Shown in pieces: positions 55,547 through 64,000 of a stretch of DNA of 64,000 nucleotides (position 1 is its first letter; each line of letters begins with the position of its first letter). Source of the stretch: a virus; the IMG/VR virus record IMGVR_UViG_3300043419_000459, positions 37,471 to 101,470 of that record. The stretch is one strand, 5' to 3'. A program made the position numbers and the translations under genes. The notes beneath the pieces were generated by a model, which was not told where the DNA came from, ran no database searches, and saw only the letters and a program-made list of their open reading frames with translations.

Positions 55547-56722
55547 TTATGTGTCAAAACGAATAATAAAATTTACTGGAATATCTGGTTCGGACTTAAT
55601 TGGTTGTGGTAATTTTGCAACCGCAACTAAATCACAATTATCATCATATAATCCAATCGTTGTAATAAATGGAGATAAAAATGAACCAGTTGAATCCACC
55701 GAACCACTTAAATCATAATGTTCAAATCCACCTGATATAGATGATGTGTATTGAGATGGTATTCTATAATCTAATATATTACCATTTTCTAATATAGATT
55801 TTTTCTTAATATATTTGACACCTGGATTAGTTGTTACCTTATATAGTTTACCATCGGTACCAGAAATACTTTCAATTTGTTTACCAACTTCTACAACGGC
55901 CGTTGGATTTTGTGAAACATTGAATTCATCTTCGTTTACTATTAAAAGATATTCGTGTTCATATATAGTTTCAGTTGATTTGTAATTTAAATTAAAGCTA
56001 GATGTATTAAAATTATTATTTTCAGTTAACACTATTAGTCCCTGTGTATAAAATACATTACCTAATCTATTGATAACATTATCTAAAAATGGAATTTCAT
56101 ATACTTCCAATATATCATTTTCAAAATCTATTTTTATCAATTGTAATGTATATTCGATAGTTTTATATTCAACTTTTAATATACTAGTTTCCAAATTTAA
56201 TTCAAGTATTTTGAAAGAAAGCACGACATCAGATAAATCTTGAAATGATATTTTTTCATCATTAAAATTTATAACTTCCAATTCGAGATTAGCCCCTATA
56301 CCTGTTAAGTTACCAAATCCATCATCAAAATAAGAATTTACACCATCTTCCAAAATAACAGAACCCCTTTTTATACTTTCACCCACACACTTTTCTGGAA
56401 TGGATATAACAATCGCGCTACCACTTAAATATCTTTCTTTTGCTTTGGTAAATATTGTAAATTCATTTGTTTTTATACCATACCTTTCAATGGGATTATC
56501 CTCTCTACCATTATAAAATGTAGATTTTACTTGACTATATAAAGAATGTTTATTATAAGTAGAACCACTCAAATGACCGACATTTATATCAATCATTTGT
56601 GTGTCGGTATAATTCCCTTCTTGTGCAACTAAAACCGAAACATTGGCTGATACTTCATCCCATTCTTTATATGCCTTAAAAGGCCTTACACTAATATCCG
56701 ACTTTGGTATTCTTTTTAACAT
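55547..56722 (-). CDS. Baseplate / tail-collar-like structural protein
   Basis: C-terminal ITTIGLYDD..DLVAVAKL..PI motif shared with 56796..58025. Confidence 0.65.
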   Translation of the reverse strand: MLKRIPKSDISVRPFKAYKEWDEVSANVSVLVAQEGNYTDTQMIDINVGHLSGSTYNKHSLYSQVKSTFYNGREDNPIERYGIKTNEFTIFTKAKERYLSGSAIVISIPEKCVGESIKRGSVILEDGVNSYFDDGFGNLTGIGANLELEVINFNDEKISFQDLSDVVLSFKILELNLETSILKVEYKTIEYTLQLIKIDFENDILEVYEIPFLDNVINRLGNVFYTQGLIVLTENNNFNTSSFNLNYKSTETIYEHEYLLIVNEDEFNVSQNPTAVVEVGKQIESISGTDGKLYKVTTNPGVKYIKKKSILENGNILDYRIPSQYTSSISGGFEHYDLSGSVDSTGSFLSPFITTIGLYDDNCDLVAVAKLPQPIKSEPDIPVNFIIRFDT

Positions 56723-56728
56723 ATCGTA

Positions 56729-56737
56729 TATAAATAT
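56729..56737 (-). promoter_or_regulatory. Putative late promoter ATATTTATA
   Basis: Directly after a terminator and before the ATG at 56722. Confidence 0.55.
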
Positions 56738-56747
56738 TCTTTTAATG

Positions 56748-56770
56748 AAAAACCCCCAAATAAAGGGGGT
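56748..56770 (-). terminator. Rho-independent terminator
   Basis: ACCCCC-TTTATTT-GGGGGT followed by TTTT on the minus strand. Confidence 0.75.
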
Positions 56771-56795
56771 CTGACATTTTTAATATATTCTCCGA

Positions 56796-58025
56796 TTAGA
56801 AGTCTAATTTAACTTTGATTGCAACCTCTTTATCAAATGATTTTTCTATTGGTTTAGAAACTTTAGCTACTGCTAGTAATTCATTTGCATCATCATAAAG
56901 ACCAACAGTTGTAATGTATACTTTAGGGTCTCTCTCAAATGATGGGTTTGCAAATGCACCAACCGAACCACTTACGAATGTTGGGTTGTTTGAGAAATTG
57001 AACTCTCTATTGTTTGCTCTTACGAAATAATGAGAGGTTGAAACATTTTCAGTTCTACGAGCTTGGAAATCTGCACCTTTTCTTAATGCATCATATAATT
57101 TTAATGAACCAGATACAGAACCTGATTGGTGATATTGACCCGCTGTTGAACCAGCTGCCGCCATTAACTTACCATCCACCGATGCAGATAATGCATTTGG
57201 ATTTAATAATATAATACCCATATCAGGATAGAATAATCCAAAACCTTGTCCATTTGATGCAGTAAATGTATTAATTGAAGAAGTAAGTGCTGAACCGATA
57301 TTTAATGAACCACTTGCTAAATAATAAACTCTACCAGCGGTTGTTACGTTTTCGTCTGTTCCACCACTATTATCAATCAATGTTACAAATTTATCACTTC
57401 CGTTTACTGAACCTGATAAATCTATTGAAATGTTTCCTGGGTCTAATCTTTCTTTGTATCTAGCTCTATTTACATTAATTGCGTAAAAAGATGTCATATT
57501 ATTTCCAGCATAATCCGTAAAATATGTATCAGACGAATCTAATAATACATTTTTTAATTGATTGTATACTGCTTTTGTAGAAAGTGTAGATGTATCGTCT
57601 TGCGTTAAAGTCGGTGCACCATTACCATTTGCATCACCATAAGATATTGAGAATTGAACTTCTGCTGCATCTGATGAGGTATCTTCGTTGTAAACATCTA
57701 AATAATATTTACCAGTTACACTATTAACTTGCAATGACGATGTGTAAAATAAATTTAAAGAACCAACATCACCACTCCATATTCCAGAAGTTACGATTTC
57801 GGTTCTATTAGTTACTTTGTCAATTGTACCAAATTTTTTGTAGATACCATTTGTAATTGTAGTGATATCCGAACTGATTTGTTCACCGGTTCCTAAAAAT
57901 TGGTTTACGATTCTAACTAATTCGTTAGTATCTATTGGAGTCCCTGCGGTATTTGCTGCACCTGCTAAGTAATTTGATATATTACTCGCTAAAAGGGTTC
58001 CTCTATTGTCTCTTATTACTGCCAT
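56796..58025 (-). CDS. Baseplate / tail-collar-like structural protein
   Basis: C-terminal ITTVGLYDD.NELLAVAK.SKPI.K. Confidence 0.65.
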   Translation of the reverse strand: MAVIRDNRGTLLASNISNYLAGAANTAGTPIDTNELVRIVNQFLGTGEQISSDITTITNGIYKKFGTIDKVTNRTEIVTSGIWSGDVGSLNLFYTSSLQVNSVTGKYYLDVYNEDTSSDAAEVQFSISYGDANGNGAPTLTQDDTSTLSTKAVYNQLKNVLLDSSDTYFTDYAGNNMTSFYAINVNRARYKERLDPGNISIDLSGSVNGSDKFVTLIDNSGGTDENVTTAGRVYYLASGSLNIGSALTSSINTFTASNGQGFGLFYPDMGIILLNPNALSASVDGKLMAAAGSTAGQYHQSGSVSGSLKLYDALRKGADFQARRTENVSTSHYFVRANNREFNFSNNPTFVSGSVGAFANPSFERDPKVYITTVGLYDDANELLAVAKVSKPIEKSFDKEVAIKVKLDF

Positions 58026-58033
58026 AGTTTATA

Positions 58034-58657
58034 TTATTGAACGTAAGTTACTGTTACTGGAATAGTTTGTGAACCACCCGTTTCGTTACCATAAACCGTA
58101 ATTGTAGTTCTGATAGTCGAAGTTAATGATGGGTTTGGAATAAATTTAAAAGTTAATCCTTTTGCAATTGCTGCGGTTGCAGATACATCGTCTCCGATAA
58201 ATACTGGAACTGAACCAATTTCCGATGTTACACCTTCACCAATAATATCACCTGCATTTTTGTTAGATAATACAATTGTATATCCTAAACTTCTATTTCC
58301 TGCAGGAGATGTAGTTGGAGATAATGCAACTTCACCACTTCTTTGATTAACTGAAATGTTAGGAACACCAAACTCAACAACCGGAATACGAGTTGTATTT
58401 TTTGGTAAAGTTACTAACTTATATTTCATTACTTGAGTCTCATCCGGATTAGCCTCCAATACAGGCATATTTTTAATTGCTGCATCGTAATAAGCTGAAC
58501 CCAATGGGTGAGCTGGTTCATAAAGTGTGTAATCAATTTCATCATCTGCTAAAGCAAATTGAGTGATGTTCAATCCTTGTCCAGCTGCTAATTTTTCTCT
58601 ACCTTTTTTTGTTAAGATAGCGTCAACTGTTAATTCGGTATTACTTAAATATCCCAT
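58034..58657 (-). CDS. Baseplate / tail-collar-like structural protein
   Basis: N-terminal AILTKKGR..LA.G...ITQFAL.D motif, as in tail-collar N-termini. Confidence 0.6.
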   Translation of the reverse strand: MGYLSNTELTVDAILTKKGREKLAAGQGLNITQFALADDEIDYTLYEPAHPLGSAYYDAAIKNMPVLEANPDETQVMKYKLVTLPKNTTRIPVVEFGVPNISVNQRSGEVALSPTTSPAGNRSLGYTIVLSNKNAGDIIGEGVTSEIGSVPVFIGDDVSATAAIAKGLTFKFIPNPSLTSTIRTTITVYGNETGGSQTIPVTVTYVQ

Positions 58658-58677
58658 AATATAATATTATCTTTTGT

Positions 58678-58686
58678 TATAAATAT
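58678..58686 (-). promoter_or_regulatory. Putative late promoter ATATTTATA
   Basis: Recurrent motif, 20 nt upstream of the ATG at 58657. Confidence 0.55.
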
Positions 58687-58705
58687 AATTATTTTAAAAT
58701 TCCGT

Positions 58706-61700
58706 TTATTCTACTTCTAAAATTGGTTCAGAAGTATTTCTACCTGTTCTATTTACTGTCAATGTATTTGGATTAGATACAAATGTTTCAACCGGAGGAG
58801 TTCCATCCAATGTGGTTGCTGCAGTATTTTTTGAACCTTTAAAGAAACTATTTTGTAGTCCTCTTGTCAAATCGGATGTATTTTTGTAATGTGTTGGTAA
58901 ATAACCATCAACAGGCTTTACCGCAATTATATTATCCTTAACAACAGGAACAACAGAACCACTAAATGGTTGTATATTTAATTTAGTTTCAGTATAAGTT
59001 TGAATATCCGAAACATATCCACCACGTGGGTCGCCTAATCCGTTAACGGAAGCAGTTATAGCAAATTTAGTTACAATTCTTTCTTTCTGCTCAGTAATTA
59101 ATTGAACCCTAATTCTTTCACTAACACGTTTATTGTCTTTGTCAAAGTAAGTTCTAATTGCATTACCATTTTGTGCATAAATACCAAACCCAATAGTTTC
59201 GTAAGTAGTTTGACCATATGTTTCAATTCCCAAATCAATTTCGGTTGTAATGGTAGATTCATCCAAACCGGCATCTATATTTACTTCTTTTTGATAAGAC
59301 TCTGCGTTTACAATGGTAGTGTCCGTATTTTCAATTAGACCACCATGTTGATAAGATGTAGCTATCAAATTCTCAGAAAGATTTGCATCAACTATACTTT
59401 GGTATTGATTATTTTCACCAATCAAATTTTCAGAAAAATCAGAATTAATTTTTACTTCATATTGTAAATTTTCACTACTTAGTATAGTCGTATCTTCATA
59501 ATGTATTGTTACATCTTTTTGATATTCATCACCTATTGGTTTTTTCTGTGCAATCTTACTTCTTTCTAAAATATGTGGTTCAATTAAAAGACCCGTAGTT
59601 GCTTTAACTCTAGCCGGTAACATTTTCTTAATATCGTCAAACATAGATTTCTCATATAGTTTGATTAAGTTGATGTATGCGTAAATGTCTCTATTGTCAA
59701 ATCTTTTGAAATAATAATTTCTTAACTCATCCAATCTTTTATAATTAGACCTATATCTGTCCGATGGGTCTCCTATGTAATTATCTAAATTTAATCCACC
59801 CAATGATTTGGCAATGTCAATATTTAACTCTTTTGTAGGAGAGAAAAATAAACCAACTCTATTAGAATCAGTGGGCGATTGGTCAAATGATTTTTTGGTT
59901 GCTCTACTTTTTGAAGATAAATCGGAAATTAATTCTTGTGATTCAAATCTAACCTTATTTGTAGAATATCTTGTAGAACCAATGTCGGGTATTTCTAAAA
60001 CAACAGTTCTATCTATTGCTTCAAATTGATACGGATATGTTGTTAAAGTAGGGAATCCTATTGCGGATGCGGAATACGATGCAGAAGGGTTTTCTGAGAA
60101 TATTAATGTCCCACTTATTATAGAACCACTTTCCAAATCATTTCTATATAAAGAAGATGAAAAGTAAATATTTGTATCAACATTCAATAAAGAAGAAGAT
60201 ACTGCTAAATTTTTTGGATATTCAAAATCTAATCTAAAAAATAAATCATCGGTAGAAGCATATACATCATTACCATTTATCATTTCAGGAAAAGAAACGT
60301 GTTCGTAGAATTTCTCTTTATTTAAAGGTGTAGACCATAAACGGAATTCGTCTAATGAACCACTATATCCATTACTACCACTACCTATATAAATGTAGTT
60401 ACCACCATCCCAGCTTGCACTAACATTCAAAATACTTGCACTTACCGATTCTTGGAATATAGTTCTTTCTTTTTCGGATTGTCTTACATTTAATTCAAAG
60501 CTAGAAGATACACTTCCACTAGTTCTACTAACTTCAACACCAAAGAAACTATCATTAAATATTGGTAGTAATGATGATGTAATTTCATGTGAACCCGAAT
60601 AATTAAATACAACTTTACCAAATTTAGAATTCGTTGAACCACTAATATTTATTCCCCAACCACTACCCGATATAATGTTGAATTGACCACTATATTCTGG
60701 TTTTATAAAAAATTCTATTGTATCTGGTTTTCTATTTCTTTCGGTATTTTTCCATTCTAATTTAATACTTCCAGAATTTTGTCCATAGAATTTTAATGCG
60801 GTTGTTATGTTATCAAATTCAAATTTACTCTTTGATGTATCGGTTACTTCTGGTCCACCAAATTCTAAAATTGAAAGGTTTGATGATGGAATACCATAAC
60901 ATGCCATCAACGCATATACACCTCTTCTTGTTCCTTTGTGTTTTAATAAGTAAGGTAAGTTATTTACAATTCTTCTCCAAACTTCGTATGTTCTTTTCTT
61001 TGCCGGATTCGTTTCTTTTATATTTCCATCGGAATCCATACCAAATACATAATTCCAAAGTTGTGAATCTGAAGCTAGATTTTTAGCATCCCAATTAAAG
61101 GATTTTAATACATCAAATAATAATTTATCTGAGATTCCATTTGCAGATTTATAACCTAGTCCTCTACTTTTTTCTATTGATTTTGTATAAAAATAAATGT
61201 TATCAAAGTGTTGACCTATCATTGAGAAGAATAATAATAAACTTTGATTTTCCGTATTATTTACAATGTATTGTGGTATATTATTTAATACATAGTTTGC
61301 ATTATTGATATCATATGATTCGGCAAATTCTATTATATCATTATACCAAACCTCAACAATTGAATCAGTAGAGTTTAATCTATCACTACCAGTATACGGC
61401 CACGACGTTGATGATGATGTGTATAAGAATTTTTCAAATCCATCAAATCCTTGTATCAATTGTTCTTTCTTAATCGTTTGTCTTTCTATTTCTTTAGCCG
61501 ATTCTAATGTAGAAGACCAAGATGCGGTTTGTGCACTTTTTATAGAATTTTCATATACTTCGATTAATTGAACTTTATATACAAAATTGTCAACTCGTTC
61601 CTTCGCAGAACTAAAATGTACAAAATTATCCCAAAGATATTCGGAATCACTCACATATTGTATGTTTAAATCATCCGTATTAACCAAAGATGAACTTAAA

Positions 61701-63337
61701 TAATCACCTATTAAATTAGAAGACGATGATACAGGCGCATTCAATATTATGTCATCCAATGATTCATATCCGGTAGACTTTCCTACAACAAAATCAACAT
61801 CTATACTAAAATTCGGCCCTTTTATTGGTGGGCAATTTATTCCATCTTGTTGAGATAATACAACCGTTTCAATCAAAGGATTGGTCAATAACTTAGTAAT
61901 CCAAAAAGTTGAATTTTCTGTTATATTTGCGGGAAGTGGTGTATACAATTTTAATATCAAAGATTCAACCTCTTTGGTAATAACCGTATTTCCCAACTCA
62001 TCCGTTGTCTTATCCGATAAAGTAAAATTATCGTCTTCCCAAGATGAAACTATTATTTGTTCATCATTACCAAAGTTTGCAAGATGTGTTAAATATTTAC
62101 TTTCTTTTTCTGGTTCTGTGAATTTTAAATTTTCAACAAAAGCATCAAATAGAGTTTTTTTAATTATATCTTCATCTAACTTTATACTTGATAATAATAA
62201 TGTCGTTTTTATCTCATATTCATTTCCAATCAATTCAACGTTACCATTCCTATTATATGGTTTAAAAATAAGAGTTACATTATCACTACCATTCCAATTT
62301 GTAAATTTAGTAGATAAGTCTCTTAAATTAATTTTAAGTTTACCATTTGCTGATAAAGATTTCACTAATGGAATTCTACTTTTATCTTTTGCAATCAAAT
62401 CAACATCTATTGATGAAACTGCAAAGGAATTCCATTCTACATCATATTCCAAATTTAAATCAGAAAATGAGGGGATATCAATGGTGTCGGGAAATGTAAT
62501 TTGTGTAATTGATGGAAAATCGTTTACACTATTAAAATTAATAAGTAATTCAATTCTATCACCTGTACCATATAAATCACTTGTTGGTACAATTATTATT
62601 TTTTTACTACCAAATACTCCTAAAAAATCCTTTTTAAAAGATACATCAACAAATCCTAATGTTGCATTTACTCTAATTGGTGTATTTGAATTTAAATAAA
62701 AATCAACAAAGTCAGTATTAGATGTACTAAATGGTATAGTAACAATGGAATCGGTATCCGAATCTTTTACATTATAATCATATTTTCCATTGGCAATTGA
62801 TATGATTGGTTTATCTACCAATATTTGTTTCTCAACAGCAACAGCCAAAGCAAATCCACCGGTTAATAATTCAGTTGCAGGTACTTCTATATACGAATCC
62901 CCCACATTCCATTTGGAAAAATCTTTTGAATTTTTTTCTGCAACTTGTCTATTTGCATAAAATATTTTTAAAATTTTGTAATTTGATGGTAATACACCTT
63001 CTATGTAAAATTTTAAAGTTGAATTGGTAAGATTTGATTTTAATATTTGTTTACCATCGGTATTATAATCTGCCAATGTTATACTATCATTTATTATAAC
63101 ACTATCAGTTGTACCTACTTCATATTTTAATTTTAATAAATCACCCAATTCATTTTGTAAGTTGGATGTAAACAAAATTTCATAATTAACCGAATAATCG
63201 GCTATAACCGGTTGACTTACCGGTTCACCTGGTTGTGATATTGGTGGCACAATTTGTATTGGTTCGATTGGGTTGAAAACGATATCTCCACCACCCCCAC
63301 CAAAATCAAAAATTATATCTTCTACTTCTTCGGCCAT
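58706..63337 (-). CDS. Large baseplate wedge-like protein with LamG-like domain
   Basis: L.K.KGT.R.V..L...YG baseplate motif; GSLDEFRLW LamG-like motif; LPARV. Confidence 0.65.
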   Translation of the reverse strand: MAEEVEDIIFDFGGGGGDIVFNPIEPIQIVPPISQPGEPVSQPVIADYSVNYEILFTSNLQNELGDLLKLKYEVGTTDSVIINDSITLADYNTDGKQILKSNLTNSTLKFYIEGVLPSNYKILKIFYANRQVAEKNSKDFSKWNVGDSYIEVPATELLTGGFALAVAVEKQILVDKPIISIANGKYDYNVKDSDTDSIVTIPFSTSNTDFVDFYLNSNTPIRVNATLGFVDVSFKKDFLGVFGSKKIIIVPTSDLYGTGDRIELLINFNSVNDFPSITQITFPDTIDIPSFSDLNLEYDVEWNSFAVSSIDVDLIAKDKSRIPLVKSLSANGKLKINLRDLSTKFTNWNGSDNVTLIFKPYNRNGNVELIGNEYEIKTTLLLSSIKLDEDIIKKTLFDAFVENLKFTEPEKESKYLTHLANFGNDEQIIVSSWEDDNFTLSDKTTDELGNTVITKEVESLILKLYTPLPANITENSTFWITKLLTNPLIETVVLSQQDGINCPPIKGPNFSIDVDFVVGKSTGYESLDDIILNAPVSSSSNLIGDYLSSSLVNTDDLNIQYVSDSEYLWDNFVHFSSAKERVDNFVYKVQLIEVYENSIKSAQTASWSSTLESAKEIERQTIKKEQLIQGFDGFEKFLYTSSSTSWPYTGSDRLNSTDSIVEVWYNDIIEFAESYDINNANYVLNNIPQYIVNNTENQSLLLFFSMIGQHFDNIYFYTKSIEKSRGLGYKSANGISDKLLFDVLKSFNWDAKNLASDSQLWNYVFGMDSDGNIKETNPAKKRTYEVWRRIVNNLPYLLKHKGTRRGVYALMACYGIPSSNLSILEFGGPEVTDTSKSKFEFDNITTALKFYGQNSGSIKLEWKNTERNRKPDTIEFFIKPEYSGQFNIISGSGWGINISGSTNSKFGKVVFNYSGSHEITSSLLPIFNDSFFGVEVSRTSGSVSSSFELNVRQSEKERTIFQESVSASILNVSASWDGGNYIYIGSGSNGYSGSLDEFRLWSTPLNKEKFYEHVSFPEMINGNDVYASTDDLFFRLDFEYPKNLAVSSSLLNVDTNIYFSSSLYRNDLESGSIISGTLIFSENPSASYSASAIGFPTLTTYPYQFEAIDRTVVLEIPDIGSTRYSTNKVRFESQELISDLSSKSRATKKSFDQSPTDSNRVGLFFSPTKELNIDIAKSLGGLNLDNYIGDPSDRYRSNYKRLDELRNYYFKRFDNRDIYAYINLIKLYEKSMFDDIKKMLPARVKATTGLLIEPHILERSKIAQKKPIGDEYQKDVTIHYEDTTILSSENLQYEVKINSDFSENLIGENNQYQSIVDANLSENLIATSYQHGGLIENTDTTIVNAESYQKEVNIDAGLDESTITTEIDLGIETYGQTTYETIGFGIYAQNGNAIRTYFDKDNKRVSERIRVQLITEQKERIVTKFAITASVNGLGDPRGGYVSDIQTYTETKLNIQPFSGSVVPVVKDNIIAVKPVDGYLPTHYKNTSDLTRGLQNSFFKGSKNTAATTLDGTPPVETFVSNPNTLTVNRTGRNTSEPILEVE

Positions 63338-63349
63338 TTATTCTTTTTT

Positions 63350-63358
63350 TATAAATAT
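63350..63358 (-). promoter_or_regulatory. Putative late promoter ATATTTATA
   Basis: Recurrent motif, 12 nt upstream of the ATG at 63337. Confidence 0.55.
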
Positions 63359-63359
63359 C

Positions 63360-64000
63360 TTATAGTATATTTTCTCTTGTATTTGAATCTCCTTCAAATC
63401 CACGTTCTTTACCCAATCCGTCACCAATTCCACCATCATAATATCCACCACCTCCACCACCATATGTACCGCCGGTTGTAGGTGGGATGTATATCGGTGT
63501 AGGTTCTACCGGTAAAACTTCAATTGGTTGTGGTTCAATCACTGGTTCTTTTATTATAGGTTCTGAATCAATTTTGTCATCAAATTCGACATTAACATTT
63601 GATGGATTATATACATTTGTTTTAATTTCTGTGAATGTAGAAAATGATTCTATATTATTTTGAATTTGTTTTTTTAATTCTGTTATTCCGAATTCGGTTG
63701 GTAATTGTTTTATTTCAACACCTCTTCTTTTCAATACCTTTGAATTCGCATCAATACAAATATTTAATATAGTTTGTATTTCGGCCAACATCGTATCATA
63801 ATCATACACATCGAAATTATCAAATCGAACTTCATCGGGTTTGCCAAAATTAGATTCATTTATTTTGTAGTATTTATTATTTAAATAATAATCAACCGAT
63901 AATTTAAAATCTTCAAATATTTTTGTCCTAAAATTATCAAACCTACTTAATCCAAAATCTTTTTTTAAAATTGTAAAAAAATCTTTACCAAATCTGGTTT
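63360..64000 (-). CDS. Hypothetical (probably structural) protein, partial; starts beyond the window end
   Basis: Frame of the 63360..63809 ORF stays open to base 64000; Pro/Gly-rich C-terminus. Confidence 0.6.
   Translation of the reverse strand, partial: TRFGKDFFTILKKDFGLSRFDNFRTKIFEDFKLSVDYYLNNKYYKINESNFGKPDEVRFDNFDVYDYDTMLAEIQTILNICIDANSKVLKRRGVEIKQLPTEFGITELKKQIQNNIESFSTFTEIKTNVYNPSNVNVEFDDKIDSEPIIKEPVIEPQPIEVLPVEPTPIYIPPTTGGTYGGGGGGYYDGGIGDGLGKERGFEGDSNTRENIL

Noticed and set aside
160-63481. Many plus-strand ORFs in the track (e.g. 5152-5490, 5797-6042, 8227-8592, 20482-20850, 30654-31067, 61881-62699)
   Set aside because: Antisense shadows of well-supported minus-strand genes, Ser/Phe/Ile-rich, with no recognisable motifs
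1-64000. Stop-codon reassignment (code 15 or 4), as seen in some large phages
   Set aside because: Conserved genes are full length under code 11, and TAG/TGA end genes at sensible positions
1-64000. tRNAs, CRISPR arrays, introns/inteins, IS elements
   Set aside because: None recognised; intergenic gaps are too short, and TerL, portal, capsid and primase are uninterrupted and of normal length

Overview
A 64-kb, AT-rich segment of a large T4-like tailed phage genome. Nearly all genes are on the minus strand and use the standard code (11). The host is probably Bacteroidota, based on a Bacteroidota-type ribosomal protein bS21 gene and three TTTG-N20-TATATTTA promoters. In transcription order (right to left) the window holds: baseplate/tail-collar genes; a small replication/recombination block (T7 endonuclease I-like resolvase, primase, Mre11-Rad50 fusion, 2OG-Fe(II) oxygenase); a 1838-aa tail-fibre-like protein; a ~22-kb glycan biosynthesis/modification cluster; a 1328-aa multi-enzyme polyprotein; and the head module (TerL, portal, prohead protease, scaffold, major capsid, neck, tail terminator). 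Four real genes are missing from the ORF track: the partial gp15-like gene, bS21, a 41-aa peptide, and a plus-strand ribbon-helix-helix (RHH) regulator. Best leads: (1) a candidate virion O-glycosylation system, since S/T-G-S tripeptides are dense in outward-facing structural proteins, absent from portal, terminase and replication enzymes, and sit beside a large glycosylation cluster; (2) a probable -1 programmed frameshift (A_AAA_AAG plus 3' hairpin) that adds a hydrophobic extension to a small head-module protein; (3) an RHH regulator whose upstream 16-mer recurs exactly in front of the scaffold/capsid operon; (4) a cytidylyltransferase/zincin/ligase-like polyprotein with protease-site-like linkers. 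All calls come from motif recognition by eye; no database searches were run.
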